Shown here in pieces: positions 42,555 through 51,855 of a DNA stretch of 64,000 nucleotides. The notes under the pieces are model-generated. The model did no database searches. It had not been told where the DNA came from and was given only the letters and a program-made list of their open reading frames with translations. The position numbers and the translations under genes are program-made. Every line of letters begins with the position of its first letter. The stretch's first letter is position 1. The stretch is from Anaerolineae bacterium (GTDB lineage: Bacteria > Chloroflexota > Anaerolineae > Anaerolineales > Anaerolineaceae): NCBI GenBank assembly GCA_013177815.1, contig JABLXM010000001.1, forward strand, positions 15,380 to 79,379, in the 5' to 3' direction.

Positions 42555-43790
42555 TTATGTTCTTTCGAAGTCATGTGTAAAGTTACCGGGATGGTCTACA
42601 AGCCCTCCCAACCCTCCCCCTTGATGGGGAGGGAAATCTGACATGAAGCGCGCAGGGGACCAGGCATCCAACTCGGCAGGGACTTCCTGCTCCAGCACCA
42701 CCTGCGCCAGCAATTCCGTCACCACCGGCGTGATGCAGATAGTCTGCTGGAAGCCGGTGGCGGTATATAGATTCTCCAAAGGCTGCACCCTGCCCAGGAT
42801 GGGATGCTCGTCCGGCGAATAGGGCGTGGCAGTGCCCCAGTGGCGCCGGACGCGGAAGCGCCCAAAAGATGGATAGTAACGCTGCAACTGCGCCGAGAGC
42901 GCCGTCAACCCCCAGTGACTGGCGCTGCGGTTGGGTTGAGGTGGGTAACTGACCGATTCTGCCACCAACACGGTCTGGTTGGGATAAGGACCCAAGCCGA
43001 TCGGCACTGCCCGGTCGCCGGAGTGGATGACCTCGTAGAAATCGGCGATGCCGATCATGTTGAAGACTACCGGCGGCAGCGGCTCGGTGATGAAAGCTTC
43101 GGTGTGGTGGAACGCAACCGGAATGTGGGCGCGCGCCAGCGCGCCCACCTGACCGCTCCAGGCGCCGCAAGCCACCACCACCTTGCCGGGCGTGAAGCGC
43201 TGCCCCCCGGCGATCACTTCCATCACCCTTCCACCCGCAACCTGCATGGCGGTCACCGGCTTGTGGGTGAACAATCGTGCCCCCAGGCGGCGAGCTCCAA
43301 AGGCGAAGGCGTGGCTGTAAAGGAAGGGGTCCAGCAGACCCTCGGTGGTATAGGCACCTCCCAGCAGCAGCTCCTGGGCAAGATACGGTTCGGCATTACG
43401 CATCTGCGCCAGGTCCATCATCTCGGTGGGAATGCCGGCAGCGGTCAGCGCCGGGCAGCGCTGTTGCCAGTTGTGTATCTCTTTTTCGCTGCTGATCAGG
43501 CAGAGGTAACCGATGCGCCGCCATCCGAAGTCCATCCCCAGTTCATCCGGCAGTTGCGCCAGGCGTTCCAGGCTTTGCACGATGACCGACAGGCTGAAGG
43601 CATCCAGGTTGCCCTCATTGACCTGGGTGCGCCCGGCGTTGCAGGCGGACGCGCCATCGCCGATATCGCCGGCGGTCACCAACGACACCTTTGCCCCGGC
43701 TTTGGCGAGGTGATAGGTCGTTGCCAAACCAACCACGCCCCCACCAATGACAAGCACATCCGGGGATTGGGGTAGAATGGAAGGTGTCAT
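42555..43790 (-). CDS. FAD-dependent oxidoreductase (DAO/sarcosine-oxidase-beta-like)
   Basis: 411 aa with the N-terminal dinucleotide fold DVLVIGGGVVGLATTYHLAKAG. Confidence 0.8.
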   Translation of the reverse strand: MTPSILPQSPDVLVIGGGVVGLATTYHLAKAGAKVSLVTAGDIGDGASACNAGRTQVNEGNLDAFSLSVIVQSLERLAQLPDELGMDFGWRRIGYLCLISSEKEIHNWQQRCPALTAAGIPTEMMDLAQMRNAEPYLAQELLLGGAYTTEGLLDPFLYSHAFAFGARRLGARLFTHKPVTAMQVAGGRVMEVIAGGQRFTPGKVVVACGAWSGQVGALARAHIPVAFHHTEAFITEPLPPVVFNMIGIADFYEVIHSGDRAVPIGLGPYPNQTVLVAESVSYPPQPNRSASHWGLTALSAQLQRYYPSFGRFRVRRHWGTATPYSPDEHPILGRVQPLENLYTATGFQQTICITPVVTELLAQVVLEQEVPAELDAWSPARFMSDFPPHQGGGLGGLVDHPGNFTHDFERT

Positions 43791-43944
43791 ACTCGGGTCA
43801 AGTATATGATTTTCCCAAATTCAGCGCAAGGGATGTTAATAATATTATATCAAATGTGTCAAGTGTAAAGGTATAATTAATTTATTCTGATGACATCCAA
43901 CGGATCGAAAATAAGTGGAAAGAAATGAGAAAAGAAGGAATGCC

Positions 43945-45291
43945 ATGTCCAAGATCAATGACCTGCGCAGTTACATAAACATTCTCGCTTCCGCCGGGCA
44001 ACTGAACCGGGCGAACAAACCGGTCAGCCTGGTGCACGAACTGGCAAATGTTGCCACCACTCTGGCGCGCTCCGGGCGCGGCGCGGCTTGGTTCGAGCAG
44101 CCCGAAGGCTCGCCGTGGGCAGTCTTCGCCGGCGCGGTCGTCTCGCCGAAACTGGCGGCGCTCTCGCTGGGTTGCGAATTGGACCAGATCACCACGGTCA
44201 TGGGCAATGCACTCGACCCCACCAAAGGGGTGGCGCCGGTGCGAGTGGCGGATGCCGACTGGAAAGCCAACATATTGACCGGCGACCAGATCGACCTGAA
44301 CAAGCTCCCCATCCCCACCCACGGGCTGCACGACGGCGGACCCTTCATCACCGGTGGCGTGACGGTCAGCAAAGACCCGGTCAGCGGACGCGGCAACCTC
44401 TCGTACAATCGCATGCAGGTACTGGAGAAGAACGTGCTGGGCTTCAACGTCAACGAGTGGCGCCACACCATGCAGTTCTATAAGGTGCAGGAAGCCAAAG
44501 GTGAGCCGCTGCAAGTTGCCATTGTGATCGGGCTGGACCCTGCCATCATGATCGCCGCCGGCGCGCGCTACGATGGCGACGAGCTGTACATCGCCGGCGC
44601 CATCCGCGGCGAGGGCGTGCCGGTGTGCAAGGGCGTCACGGTGGATATCGATATCCCCGCCAACGCCGAGATCGTGATCGAAGGCTACCTGCCGCCGCAG
44701 GAACGCCGCGACGAAGGTCCGCTGGCAGAGTTCCACGGCTATTACGGTGAACTGTGGAACAGCCCGGCGCTGCACGTCACCGCGATCTGCCATCGCGACA
44801 ACCCCATCTACCAGACTATCGTCCCGGGTGAAGCCGAACATATCTACATCGGCAACGTGCTGCCGCGCGAGCCGCTGCTGCTGCGCTTCGTCAAGCACGT
44901 CAGCAACAACGTCACCGGGTTGCACATCCCGCCTTACGGCAACGGCTTCGCCACCGTCATCCAGTTGAACAAGTCCAACCCCGGGGAGCCCAAGAACGCC
45001 GCACTGGCAGCCTTCACCGCTCACGTCAATGTCAAGATTGCCATCGTGGTTGACCCAGACGTGAACATCTACGACCCGGCGGACGTGCTGTGGGCGCTCA
45101 TCAACCGGGTGGATTTCAGCCGCGACGTGTTCTACGTGCCCGGCGCGCAGGGGCACGAGATGGACCCCACCGCCGACACCCGCGGCGTGCACACCAAGGT
45201 CGGCTTCGACGCAACTTATAAGCCCGACCGCCGCCCCTACGGCGACCGCATCGTCTACCCGACTGTGGATCTGGAAAAGTATTTGGGGTGA
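43945..45291 (+). CDS. UbiD family (prFMN-dependent) decarboxylase
   Basis: I chose the ATG at 43945 (MSKINDLRSYI). Motifs are GGPFITGGVTVSKDP, NLSYNRMQV and EGPLAEFHGYYG. Confidence 0.85.
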   Translation: MSKINDLRSYINILASAGQLNRANKPVSLVHELANVATTLARSGRGAAWFEQPEGSPWAVFAGAVVSPKLAALSLGCELDQITTVMGNALDPTKGVAPVRVADADWKANILTGDQIDLNKLPIPTHGLHDGGPFITGGVTVSKDPVSGRGNLSYNRMQVLEKNVLGFNVNEWRHTMQFYKVQEAKGEPLQVAIVIGLDPAIMIAAGARYDGDELYIAGAIRGEGVPVCKGVTVDIDIPANAEIVIEGYLPPQERRDEGPLAEFHGYYGELWNSPALHVTAICHRDNPIYQTIVPGEAEHIYIGNVLPREPLLLRFVKHVSNNVTGLHIPPYGNGFATVIQLNKSNPGEPKNAALAAFTAHVNVKIAIVVDPDVNIYDPADVLWALINRVDFSRDVFYVPGAQGHEMDPTADTRGVHTKVGFDATYKPDRRPYGDRIVYPTVDLEKYLG

Positions 45292-45347
45292 GGGGAAGGC
45301 TTAGCGCATAACGCCAGCAGCGAACCGGGGCGTTAATTCCCGGCAGG

Positions 45348-46184
45348 CTAACCGCGCTCTTCGAGGCAGGCGAAGCCGAAGGTTTCCGGTCCCAGGTGCA
45401 CCCCCACCGCCGGGTTGACCTCGGTCAGCCAAACCTTGCCCCCCGGCAGCAGGTCACGCGCTGCCTGCATCAAGGCGTTGGCGCGCTCGACGGCGTAAAC
45501 GTGCAGCAGCGATACCTTTTCGAGCGGCTGGCTGGCTTGCAGCACCGCCTCCAGCCGTTTTTGGGCGCTGCCGAGCGTGCGGAAGCGTTCGATGAACACT
45601 TCGCCGTTGTAGATGTGCAGGAAGGGTTTGATCTGCAACAGGTTGCCAAGCGCCGCGACAGCCTTGTTGACGCGCCCACTACGACGCAGGTACTCCAGCG
45701 TGTTCAGCACCGCATAGGTATGGATGCGGGTGACCTGTTCGTTCAGCATTTCCAGGATATCACCCAGGGAACGCCCCGCCACGGCTGCCTGAGCCGCTTC
45801 GAGCACCTGGAAACCCATCCCCAGGCTGACCTGGCGCGAGTCGAACACCGTCACAGCCGCCTGTTTGAACTCGGATGCAACCTGCCGGGCAACGTTGCAG
45901 ACCGCGCTGAAACCGGTCGCAATGTGAATGGATAGTATCTGGCTGATCCCCTGCACCGCCAGGTGCTCGTATGCCTGGCGGAATGCCTCCGGGCTTGGCG
46001 TGGCGGTCGAGGTGGGCTGGTCTGCCATCAAACGCTGGTAAACTGCTGCCCGCGGTAAGTCAATGCCATCCCGGTACTGCTTGCCATCGGAGATAACGAC
46101 GATCGGAACCACCGTGATGCCCAGTTCCTGAGTGACCTCCGGCGGCAAGTCACAGGTGCTGTCGGTGACGATGCCAACGGTCAT
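45348..46184 (-). CDS. DegV family fatty-acid-binding protein (second paralog)
   Basis: I chose the ATG at 46184 (MTVGIVTDSTCDLPPEV). It shows the DegV pattern throughout. Confidence 0.85.
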   Translation of the reverse strand: MTVGIVTDSTCDLPPEVTQELGITVVPIVVISDGKQYRDGIDLPRAAVYQRLMADQPTSTATPSPEAFRQAYEHLAVQGISQILSIHIATGFSAVCNVARQVASEFKQAAVTVFDSRQVSLGMGFQVLEAAQAAVAGRSLGDILEMLNEQVTRIHTYAVLNTLEYLRRSGRVNKAVAALGNLLQIKPFLHIYNGEVFIERFRTLGSAQKRLEAVLQASQPLEKVSLLHVYAVERANALMQAARDLLPGGKVWLTEVNPAVGVHLGPETFGFACLEERG

Positions 46185-46436
46185 GATACTCTCCCTTTTA
46201 TTGGTGTATAGGTCGACACACGTCAGATTATAGTCCAGCCTGCGCACACTTACCACGACCCGGGTGGAACTTGTAGAAAGCTTCCGGTCACCTTGCACGT
46301 CCTGCCCGTTGCGCACAAATTCCGGATTCGCCCTTCACCATTCACACTTTTGGGTTCATCATTCCTGTTCGCAGTCCGCGATTTCCTTTTTACATTTTCC
46401 CTCCTTTCCCATAAAATAATCTTAGGGCAAACCACG

Positions 46437-47078
46437 ATGGGAATCAAATACTCCTTCCTGCTATACTTCGAACGTCAGCACCTGTGGGACGCGCTACAGG
46501 GCATCGCCGCCTTTGCCCAGCCCGGCAAACTGCCTACCCTGATCGCTTTTCCCGACCACCTGCTCAGCCTGCCTTTCGAAGGTTTCATCACCGAGCGCAT
46601 CATTCCGGCTGACTCGGATGATATCTCCTTCATGACCTCGCTGTATTTCGCGCCCGACAAGCACGTTTCCACCTACCTGGAGCATTTGTTTCGCCTCAAT
46701 AAAACACCGGAACCTACAACCCTGCCGGACGGCAGCCAGGGCTTGTCCGTGGGTCGTATCTATATCTACGTGCACAATGACCTGCGTTCACTGGAACAGG
46801 GTATCTACCAGCCGGAACTGAGCCTGCTGCGCTTCGAGGCTGCCTCTACCCCGATGAGTATGCTGTTCGTCGATTCGATCTGTGTGCGCGAGCGCTTCTG
46901 TCAATTCCTCGCCGGATTCCACGGCGTGTGCGGCGTGTTGAACATGGAGGACTATGGACGGCTGATCTGGCTCAACGGCAAGGCGATGGACGAAGACCTG
47001 CCCGACCCGTGGCTCTCCCCCGCCGAGATCGTCGAACACCTGCGCCAGCGATCCCGTGGGGCGAGCCAATCCCTTTGA
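46437..47078 (+). CDS. Hypothetical protein
   Basis: I chose the ATG at 46437 (MGIKYSFLLYF). The codon usage looks coding but I recognise no motif. Confidence 0.4.
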   Translation: MGIKYSFLLYFERQHLWDALQGIAAFAQPGKLPTLIAFPDHLLSLPFEGFITERIIPADSDDISFMTSLYFAPDKHVSTYLEHLFRLNKTPEPTTLPDGSQGLSVGRIYIYVHNDLRSLEQGIYQPELSLLRFEAASTPMSMLFVDSICVRERFCQFLAGFHGVCGVLNMEDYGRLIWLNGKAMDEDLPDPWLSPAEIVEHLRQRSRGASQSL

Positions 47079-47142
47079 GTTTTTCCGCCTGCTGAAATAT
47101 ACACAGTAAGCACCGCCCGGCGCCTGTAGGAAAAATTTATAA

Positions 47143-47273
47143 AAGTGGGTGTGCCAAAAGTGATTAATTTATCATGGCGCGGGGAGGAATTTTTCATTAA
47201 CAGGGGAGATGCTTCCCCCTGCGGGGACTTCGCGCTTCGCTCAGCATGACGAATCTGACTTTTGGGACAGCTC
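47143..47273. repeat. MITE-like repeat, copy B (~131 bp, terminal inverted repeats)
   Basis: By my hand alignment it differs from copy C (62289-62419) at 5 positions. The ends are gtgccaaaag and cttttgggac, which are inverted. It lies between convergent genes. Confidence 0.7.
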
Positions 47274-47342
47274 GTTTCAACGATACCGCATCAAGCCATG
47301 TGTCATCCCGCAGGCAGTGTCGATCTCAGCATCCGCCCCAAT

Positions 47343-47996
47343 TCAAGTTAAACCCTTCCCGCCGATCTTGTAGACTCCGTCCATATCGGTGCCGTAGGTA
47401 TGTCCGGCGTAGGAGCGCTCGTCCACCGGGTTAAGCCCGGCAGCCATCGCCGGCGTGATGATCGAAAACGAGCGCAACGTCTTCATTTTCTTCTCGATGG
47501 CGTCCACCCCGCTATCATCGACCTCCCAACCCAGGTGATCGAACTTGCTCAAGTCCATGGGAACGGTGTAACCGCGCAGCGTCTTTTCCTTGAGCACATT
47601 GAAGTACACCTCGAAGTACGACATGACCAGCTCGCGATAGGTGCGGTAGACCGGTTCGCGGAAGCGCAGCCCGACGTGGTTGGACTTGGCGACTGCGCCC
47701 AGGCAGCCGTGCTCGCGGTAGATCGCCAGCACGTGATCGTCATCCCGCCCCGGCACCGGCAGCAGGTCGATCACCACCGGCGGGTAGCCCAGCCGGCGGA
47801 GCGCCATGGCGCCGAACAGCCCACCATCCAGGCAGTGCGCCCGCCGCTCGCGAATGACGCGCAGCGAACTGGCGTTCTCGTCCTGGTTGCGGTAGGGGAT
47901 GCTATCCAGGAAGTCCTGGATCTTCATGGGCGTGGTGAGCGACTTGAGCAGGGCTTTTTCTTTGGATGTGAGGTGGTCTTCGAAGATTTTGGGCAT
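47343..47996 (-). CDS. Transglutaminase-like (papain-fold Cys-His) protein
   Basis: 217 aa with GGAG 7 nt upstream. The candidate catalytic Cys is in RRAHCLDGGLFGA and the His in DDDHVLAIY. I assigned the family by pattern only. Confidence 0.45.
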   Translation of the reverse strand: MPKIFEDHLTSKEKALLKSLTTPMKIQDFLDSIPYRNQDENASSLRVIRERRAHCLDGGLFGAMALRRLGYPPVVIDLLPVPGRDDDHVLAIYREHGCLGAVAKSNHVGLRFREPVYRTYRELVMSYFEVYFNVLKEKTLRGYTVPMDLSKFDHLGWEVDDSGVDAIEKKMKTLRSFSIITPAMAAGLNPVDERSYAGHTYGTDMDGVYKIGGKGLT

Positions 47997-48019
47997 AAAA
48001 AACTCCGGGAGTTGTATAC

Positions 48020-48508
48020 TTATCTTAATAAATAATTTTGATATGCCATCAAAAGTACTTTAACCAAGGGTTGGTCACAAATATATCCTGAATGTTCTGT
48101 TAATAACAGCCTATTAATGTTCAATAACTTACGAAAATTTACATACCTATCATCAATCACACTAGCTTTTGGAATGTAAAAACAATTTGGGATCATGTCC
48201 AACTTTAGGTTTTCATTAAACCTTATTCTATCCGGCTTAAGCGAGTAAATTGGTAAAACAACCAACCCTTTGATGCGAATAACTTTTTTCTCAATCCACT
48301 CATGCTGGTCGCCTATAGTTAATGTGTTCTCCCCTGAGATTTTATAAAAATTTGTCGTGTTGTCGCTATGTCCAATTTTTATCTGGATGAATAAATTCTT
48401 AAACACTTGGAGAAATTCAGCTTCTTGGAATCCTTCTATTACTATTGGTTGGCTTGGAGGGAGGCTACAATAGTCTTCAAATTCGTCTGAAACCGTATTT
48501 ATGGTCAT
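48020..48508 (-). CDS. Hypothetical protein encoded in an AT-rich islet
   Basis: 162-aa ORF with no motif recognised. A 60-nt sample line inside it counts 20/60 G+C, against 42/60 in the gene 23 nt downstream. Confidence 0.4.
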   Translation of the reverse strand: MTINTVSDEFEDYCSLPPSQPIVIEGFQEAEFLQVFKNLFIQIKIGHSDNTTNFYKISGENTLTIGDQHEWIEKKVIRIKGLVVLPIYSLKPDRIRFNENLKLDMIPNCFYIPKASVIDDRYVNFRKLLNINRLLLTEHSGYICDQPLVKVLLMAYQNYLLR

Positions 48509-48756
48509 CCGAGCATTTCAATTCAATGAGTTGGTTTACTTGCAGAGTTAGAATCAGGCACAGCAGGTAATCGTTTTATACAGCCGATTGACCCGAGGAG
48601 GCTGAGCCGCTGTTTTATTCACATTCTGGCTGGGATCGGTTTTGAATATCTGATCACTACTTCAAGAAATCCTCACACAACCAATTTGTCACTTTCGGGC
48701 ATTCCCCAGCGACTTCCTTAATGTAGCTACAATTAAACTGGCGCAAAGGAAAACGT

Positions 48757-49320
48757 ATGGAAAAGACAGTCACAAAGTACAAAGGCCTGGAGGAATCGCT
48801 CAAAGCGCAAAACGTGGTCATGCCTTTGGAAAAAACAAGCCCTGACTTCTCCGAGCTTTACCGCAAGCATGTCAACTCGGTCTATTACTACTTGCTAAGC
48901 CGGGTTCGCAACACAGCCGATGCTGAAGACCTGACTTCCCAAACCTTCATTACCGCGCTGGAAACAATGCACAAGCTCCGCGACCCGGACAAGTTCACGC
49001 CGTGGCTGTTCAGGATCGCCCGCAACAAAGCCATGGACTACTTCCGACGGGCTCGCAGACACCCGACGCAGGGTTTCAACGAAGAATTGGGACAATCCCT
49101 TTCAATTCTTAGGCAAGATGACAGGCTAGAGCAGGATCGAATAATCGAACTGGAACAGCTCATCGCCGGACTCAAACCCATCGAGCAGGAGTATCTCAGA
49201 TTGAGACTTATCGCCGAACTACCCTTCGCGGAGATCGCGTCAATCCTCGGAAAATCCGAATCCCGCATCAAAAAATCTTATTACCGGCTCCTGGAGCGCC
49301 TTCAAGCCCAGGTGGAGTGA
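48757..49320 (+). CDS. ECF (group IV) RNA polymerase sigma-70 factor
   Basis: 187 aa with region 2 (VYYYLLSRVRNTADAEDLTSQTF, FTPWLFRIARNKAMDYFR) and region 4 (EQEYLRLRLIAELPFAEIASILGKSESRIKKSYYR). Confidence 0.85.
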   Translation: MEKTVTKYKGLEESLKAQNVVMPLEKTSPDFSELYRKHVNSVYYYLLSRVRNTADAEDLTSQTFITALETMHKLRDPDKFTPWLFRIARNKAMDYFRRARRHPTQGFNEELGQSLSILRQDDRLEQDRIIELEQLIAGLKPIEQEYLRLRLIAELPFAEIASILGKSESRIKKSYYRLLERLQAQVE

Positions 49321-49324
49321 AAAA

Positions 49325-51640
49325 ATGAACAACTTTACCCCCTTCGAAAACCAAATCCGTGAGACCTACCATCTTTCAGAGATGGACCCGGCATTTTCAA
49401 CCCGCCTGGAACGCGACTTGAAAGTCCGCAAGGCGGAACTTTCTCAACCTACCCGCAAGGCGAACCAGTTTCACTGGGCATATGTGCTGACTCCGCTAGC
49501 GCTATTGGTGGTAATGGTCTTCGCCATCGGACCCAATATGGTTTGGGCTCAGGTACTGCAATGGCTTGGCTACGTGCCTGGCGTAGGTTTGGTGGATTCG
49601 AATACTCAGATCATGTTGCTTGAAGCGCCCCAGCAAATGGAGCGAGAAGGAGTCTTGCTTAAAATTGACAATGGCATCTTCTCACCCGATAAATCCATAG
49701 TCCAATACAGTTTTTTTAATGTACCGGATCCTGTTTTCTATCCGGATATGCAACTTGTGCAATGCTCTGAAAGCGCTTACCTTGAAACGGCAGATGGCAA
49801 CCGCTATGTTGAGATTCAGCGCGGAGAGTTCGAAGGCTTGCCGGCAGGAACAGAATCCGCGACCCTGGTTTTTCCTTGTATTTCCAACGTACTCCTCGGA
49901 TCTGCACCTGAAAATTGGCGCGTGAGTCTTCGCCTGGTGCCCGCTCCTGCAGAAGCCATGACCGACCTGGTATTGGATGTGCTACCTGTTGAGCAAGAGC
50001 CACAACCGACCGAACTCGCCACCGAACCAGAAACCCAAGTTCCACAAACTCAGCCAGACACATTGCTTGCCAGTGCGGAGCCTGTACCGGATGGCATTCA
50101 GGTGAAAGCAGTCATCCCCGTAGAGGACAGTCTCATCTTGGTGGGTAGCTATGCCATCCCACCCGAAATAAGCGAAGCATCCTGGCTTTTTGAAGGTGCA
50201 ATCGAACTCAAGGATTCACTCGGGAATCCAATCAGAACCCGCGTCCCCGAAGACTACCAATCCCTGGTCAATAGCCTGGGTGGAGATCCGTCTCAGAACT
50301 GGGCGTTACAATTCAAACCTGCCCCGCATCAGTCCCCATTGCAACTGGAACAATCGCTGGTCATGACCCAACCGCTCCCGGAATCTTCTCTCGAATATGA
50401 AATCGACTTGCCGGAAGATTTGGACTCGTGGGTTCAGATCACCCTCGATCAAGACCTCCAGATCGACGGGCATACCATCCACCTGTTGTATTTGGGGCTT
50501 AGCCACGATCCTGATAACACCGCATGGCTTATCCTGGATAAAGGACCCGAAGTCTTCGACATCCGGCTCCAGGTTCTGGACCCCAATAGCCAAACAAGAA
50601 TTGATTCGATACAGACGAAGGAATTGGATGACAAGGTCATTATCGACTTCACGATTCCTGAGACCGCTGGCAGAAAACTCCTGTTGAATTTCTACGAACC
50701 GACGGTTGTCAGCAAGAGTTATTCCCTCTTAGGCACCTGGGCACCGGATGCGCAGGTGATTTCAGCCCTTTCTACCCCTGAGGCTGTGTCCCAGGTCTGC
50801 CTCAGTTACGATCAATATCAGGCGCCTGCACCAGATATCGCTGCAATTCCAGCAGGCAAAATACTGGTCGTGCGCAATACCGATCGCGGCGAGGAGCTGA
50901 TCCTCTCCAACCTGGACGGAAGCGATCCGCAGGTTTTGGATACCCAGGGAGGCTGGGACGGCGCATTATCTCTGGATGGCTCAAAGTTATTCTATCTTGG
51001 CGATCTCGATCGAACCATGCACATCCTGGACCTTAGAACAGGCGAAGAGGAACTCTTGCCATTTACAGAGCACGTCTCCGGAATTCAGCCCATTTGGTCT
51101 CCAGACGGAAGCATGATCGCTTTTTATGGATTAGGCTATGCCCCCAATGTCTTGCGCCTGGAAGACTGGTCAGTGGACAGCGTCCAGATCTCTGCCCAGG
51201 CTAGGATCGATGGCTGGTCGCCGGAGAATGAACTCTACGTCACCGAGTTGGCTTATGTCGGCAATCCTGGCAGGACATTGGCATACGATTTCACTACCAG
51301 AACCAGTCATGAAGTAAATTTGCCGAACATGTTGGTCCACTCAACCAACGCATACCCGCTATCCGCCGAGAATGGAAAGTTCATTTATACTAACTCCGAT
51401 GGAACGGCAGCCTATATTTACGACCCAGCCACCCAGGAAACAACAACACTGGTGGAAGGATTGAAGGTTTACAACCTGGGCTGGGCAGGGCGTGATTGGG
51501 CTGTGGTCAGCATTCAGGAAGATTCAGGCAAATCGGCTGCCACAATGCTCGTCAACCCGCTCACCTGCCAAACCATCCGTCTTCCTTACGTTGAAGATGG
51601 GAGGAACTTTGGCATGGTCATGGATGCGGTAATGCCGTAG
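49325..51640 (+). CDS. Putative anti-sigma factor: single-pass membrane protein with large extracytoplasmic beta-propeller-like domain
   Basis: It starts 4 nt after the sigma gene. It has a short cytoplasmic N-terminus and one TM (WAYVLTPLALLVVMVFAIG). PD40/TolB-like motifs (WSPDGSMIAFYG, LSLDGSKLFYLG) occur in the C-terminal part. Confidence 0.55.
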   Translation: MNNFTPFENQIRETYHLSEMDPAFSTRLERDLKVRKAELSQPTRKANQFHWAYVLTPLALLVVMVFAIGPNMVWAQVLQWLGYVPGVGLVDSNTQIMLLEAPQQMEREGVLLKIDNGIFSPDKSIVQYSFFNVPDPVFYPDMQLVQCSESAYLETADGNRYVEIQRGEFEGLPAGTESATLVFPCISNVLLGSAPENWRVSLRLVPAPAEAMTDLVLDVLPVEQEPQPTELATEPETQVPQTQPDTLLASAEPVPDGIQVKAVIPVEDSLILVGSYAIPPEISEASWLFEGAIELKDSLGNPIRTRVPEDYQSLVNSLGGDPSQNWALQFKPAPHQSPLQLEQSLVMTQPLPESSLEYEIDLPEDLDSWVQITLDQDLQIDGHTIHLLYLGLSHDPDNTAWLILDKGPEVFDIRLQVLDPNSQTRIDSIQTKELDDKVIIDFTIPETAGRKLLLNFYEPTVVSKSYSLLGTWAPDAQVISALSTPEAVSQVCLSYDQYQAPAPDIAAIPAGKILVVRNTDRGEELILSNLDGSDPQVLDTQGGWDGALSLDGSKLFYLGDLDRTMHILDLRTGEEELLPFTEHVSGIQPIWSPDGSMIAFYGLGYAPNVLRLEDWSVDSVQISAQARIDGWSPENELYVTELAYVGNPGRTLAYDFTTRTSHEVNLPNMLVHSTNAYPLSAENGKFIYTNSDGTAAYIYDPATQETTTLVEGLKVYNLGWAGRDWAVVSIQEDSGKSAATMLVNPLTCQTIRLPYVEDGRNFGMVMDAVMP

Positions 51641-51855
51641 ATACAACGTAAAAAGTCAATGCCTTCGTGGCTGTCTCAAAAGTAATGAGGCAGCCACTTT
51701 GGATATGCTCTTTACCCCGCTTCTACGCCCAATTCCCCGCCCCTGCGAGGGGCAGGGATACAGGGGAAGGGTGAAAAAGGATTCGTTACTGTGCCTTTTT
51801 CTACATTCTGAACTGTCAAGCTCCAAAAAACGTTCCCATTCATAAGTAGACAAAT

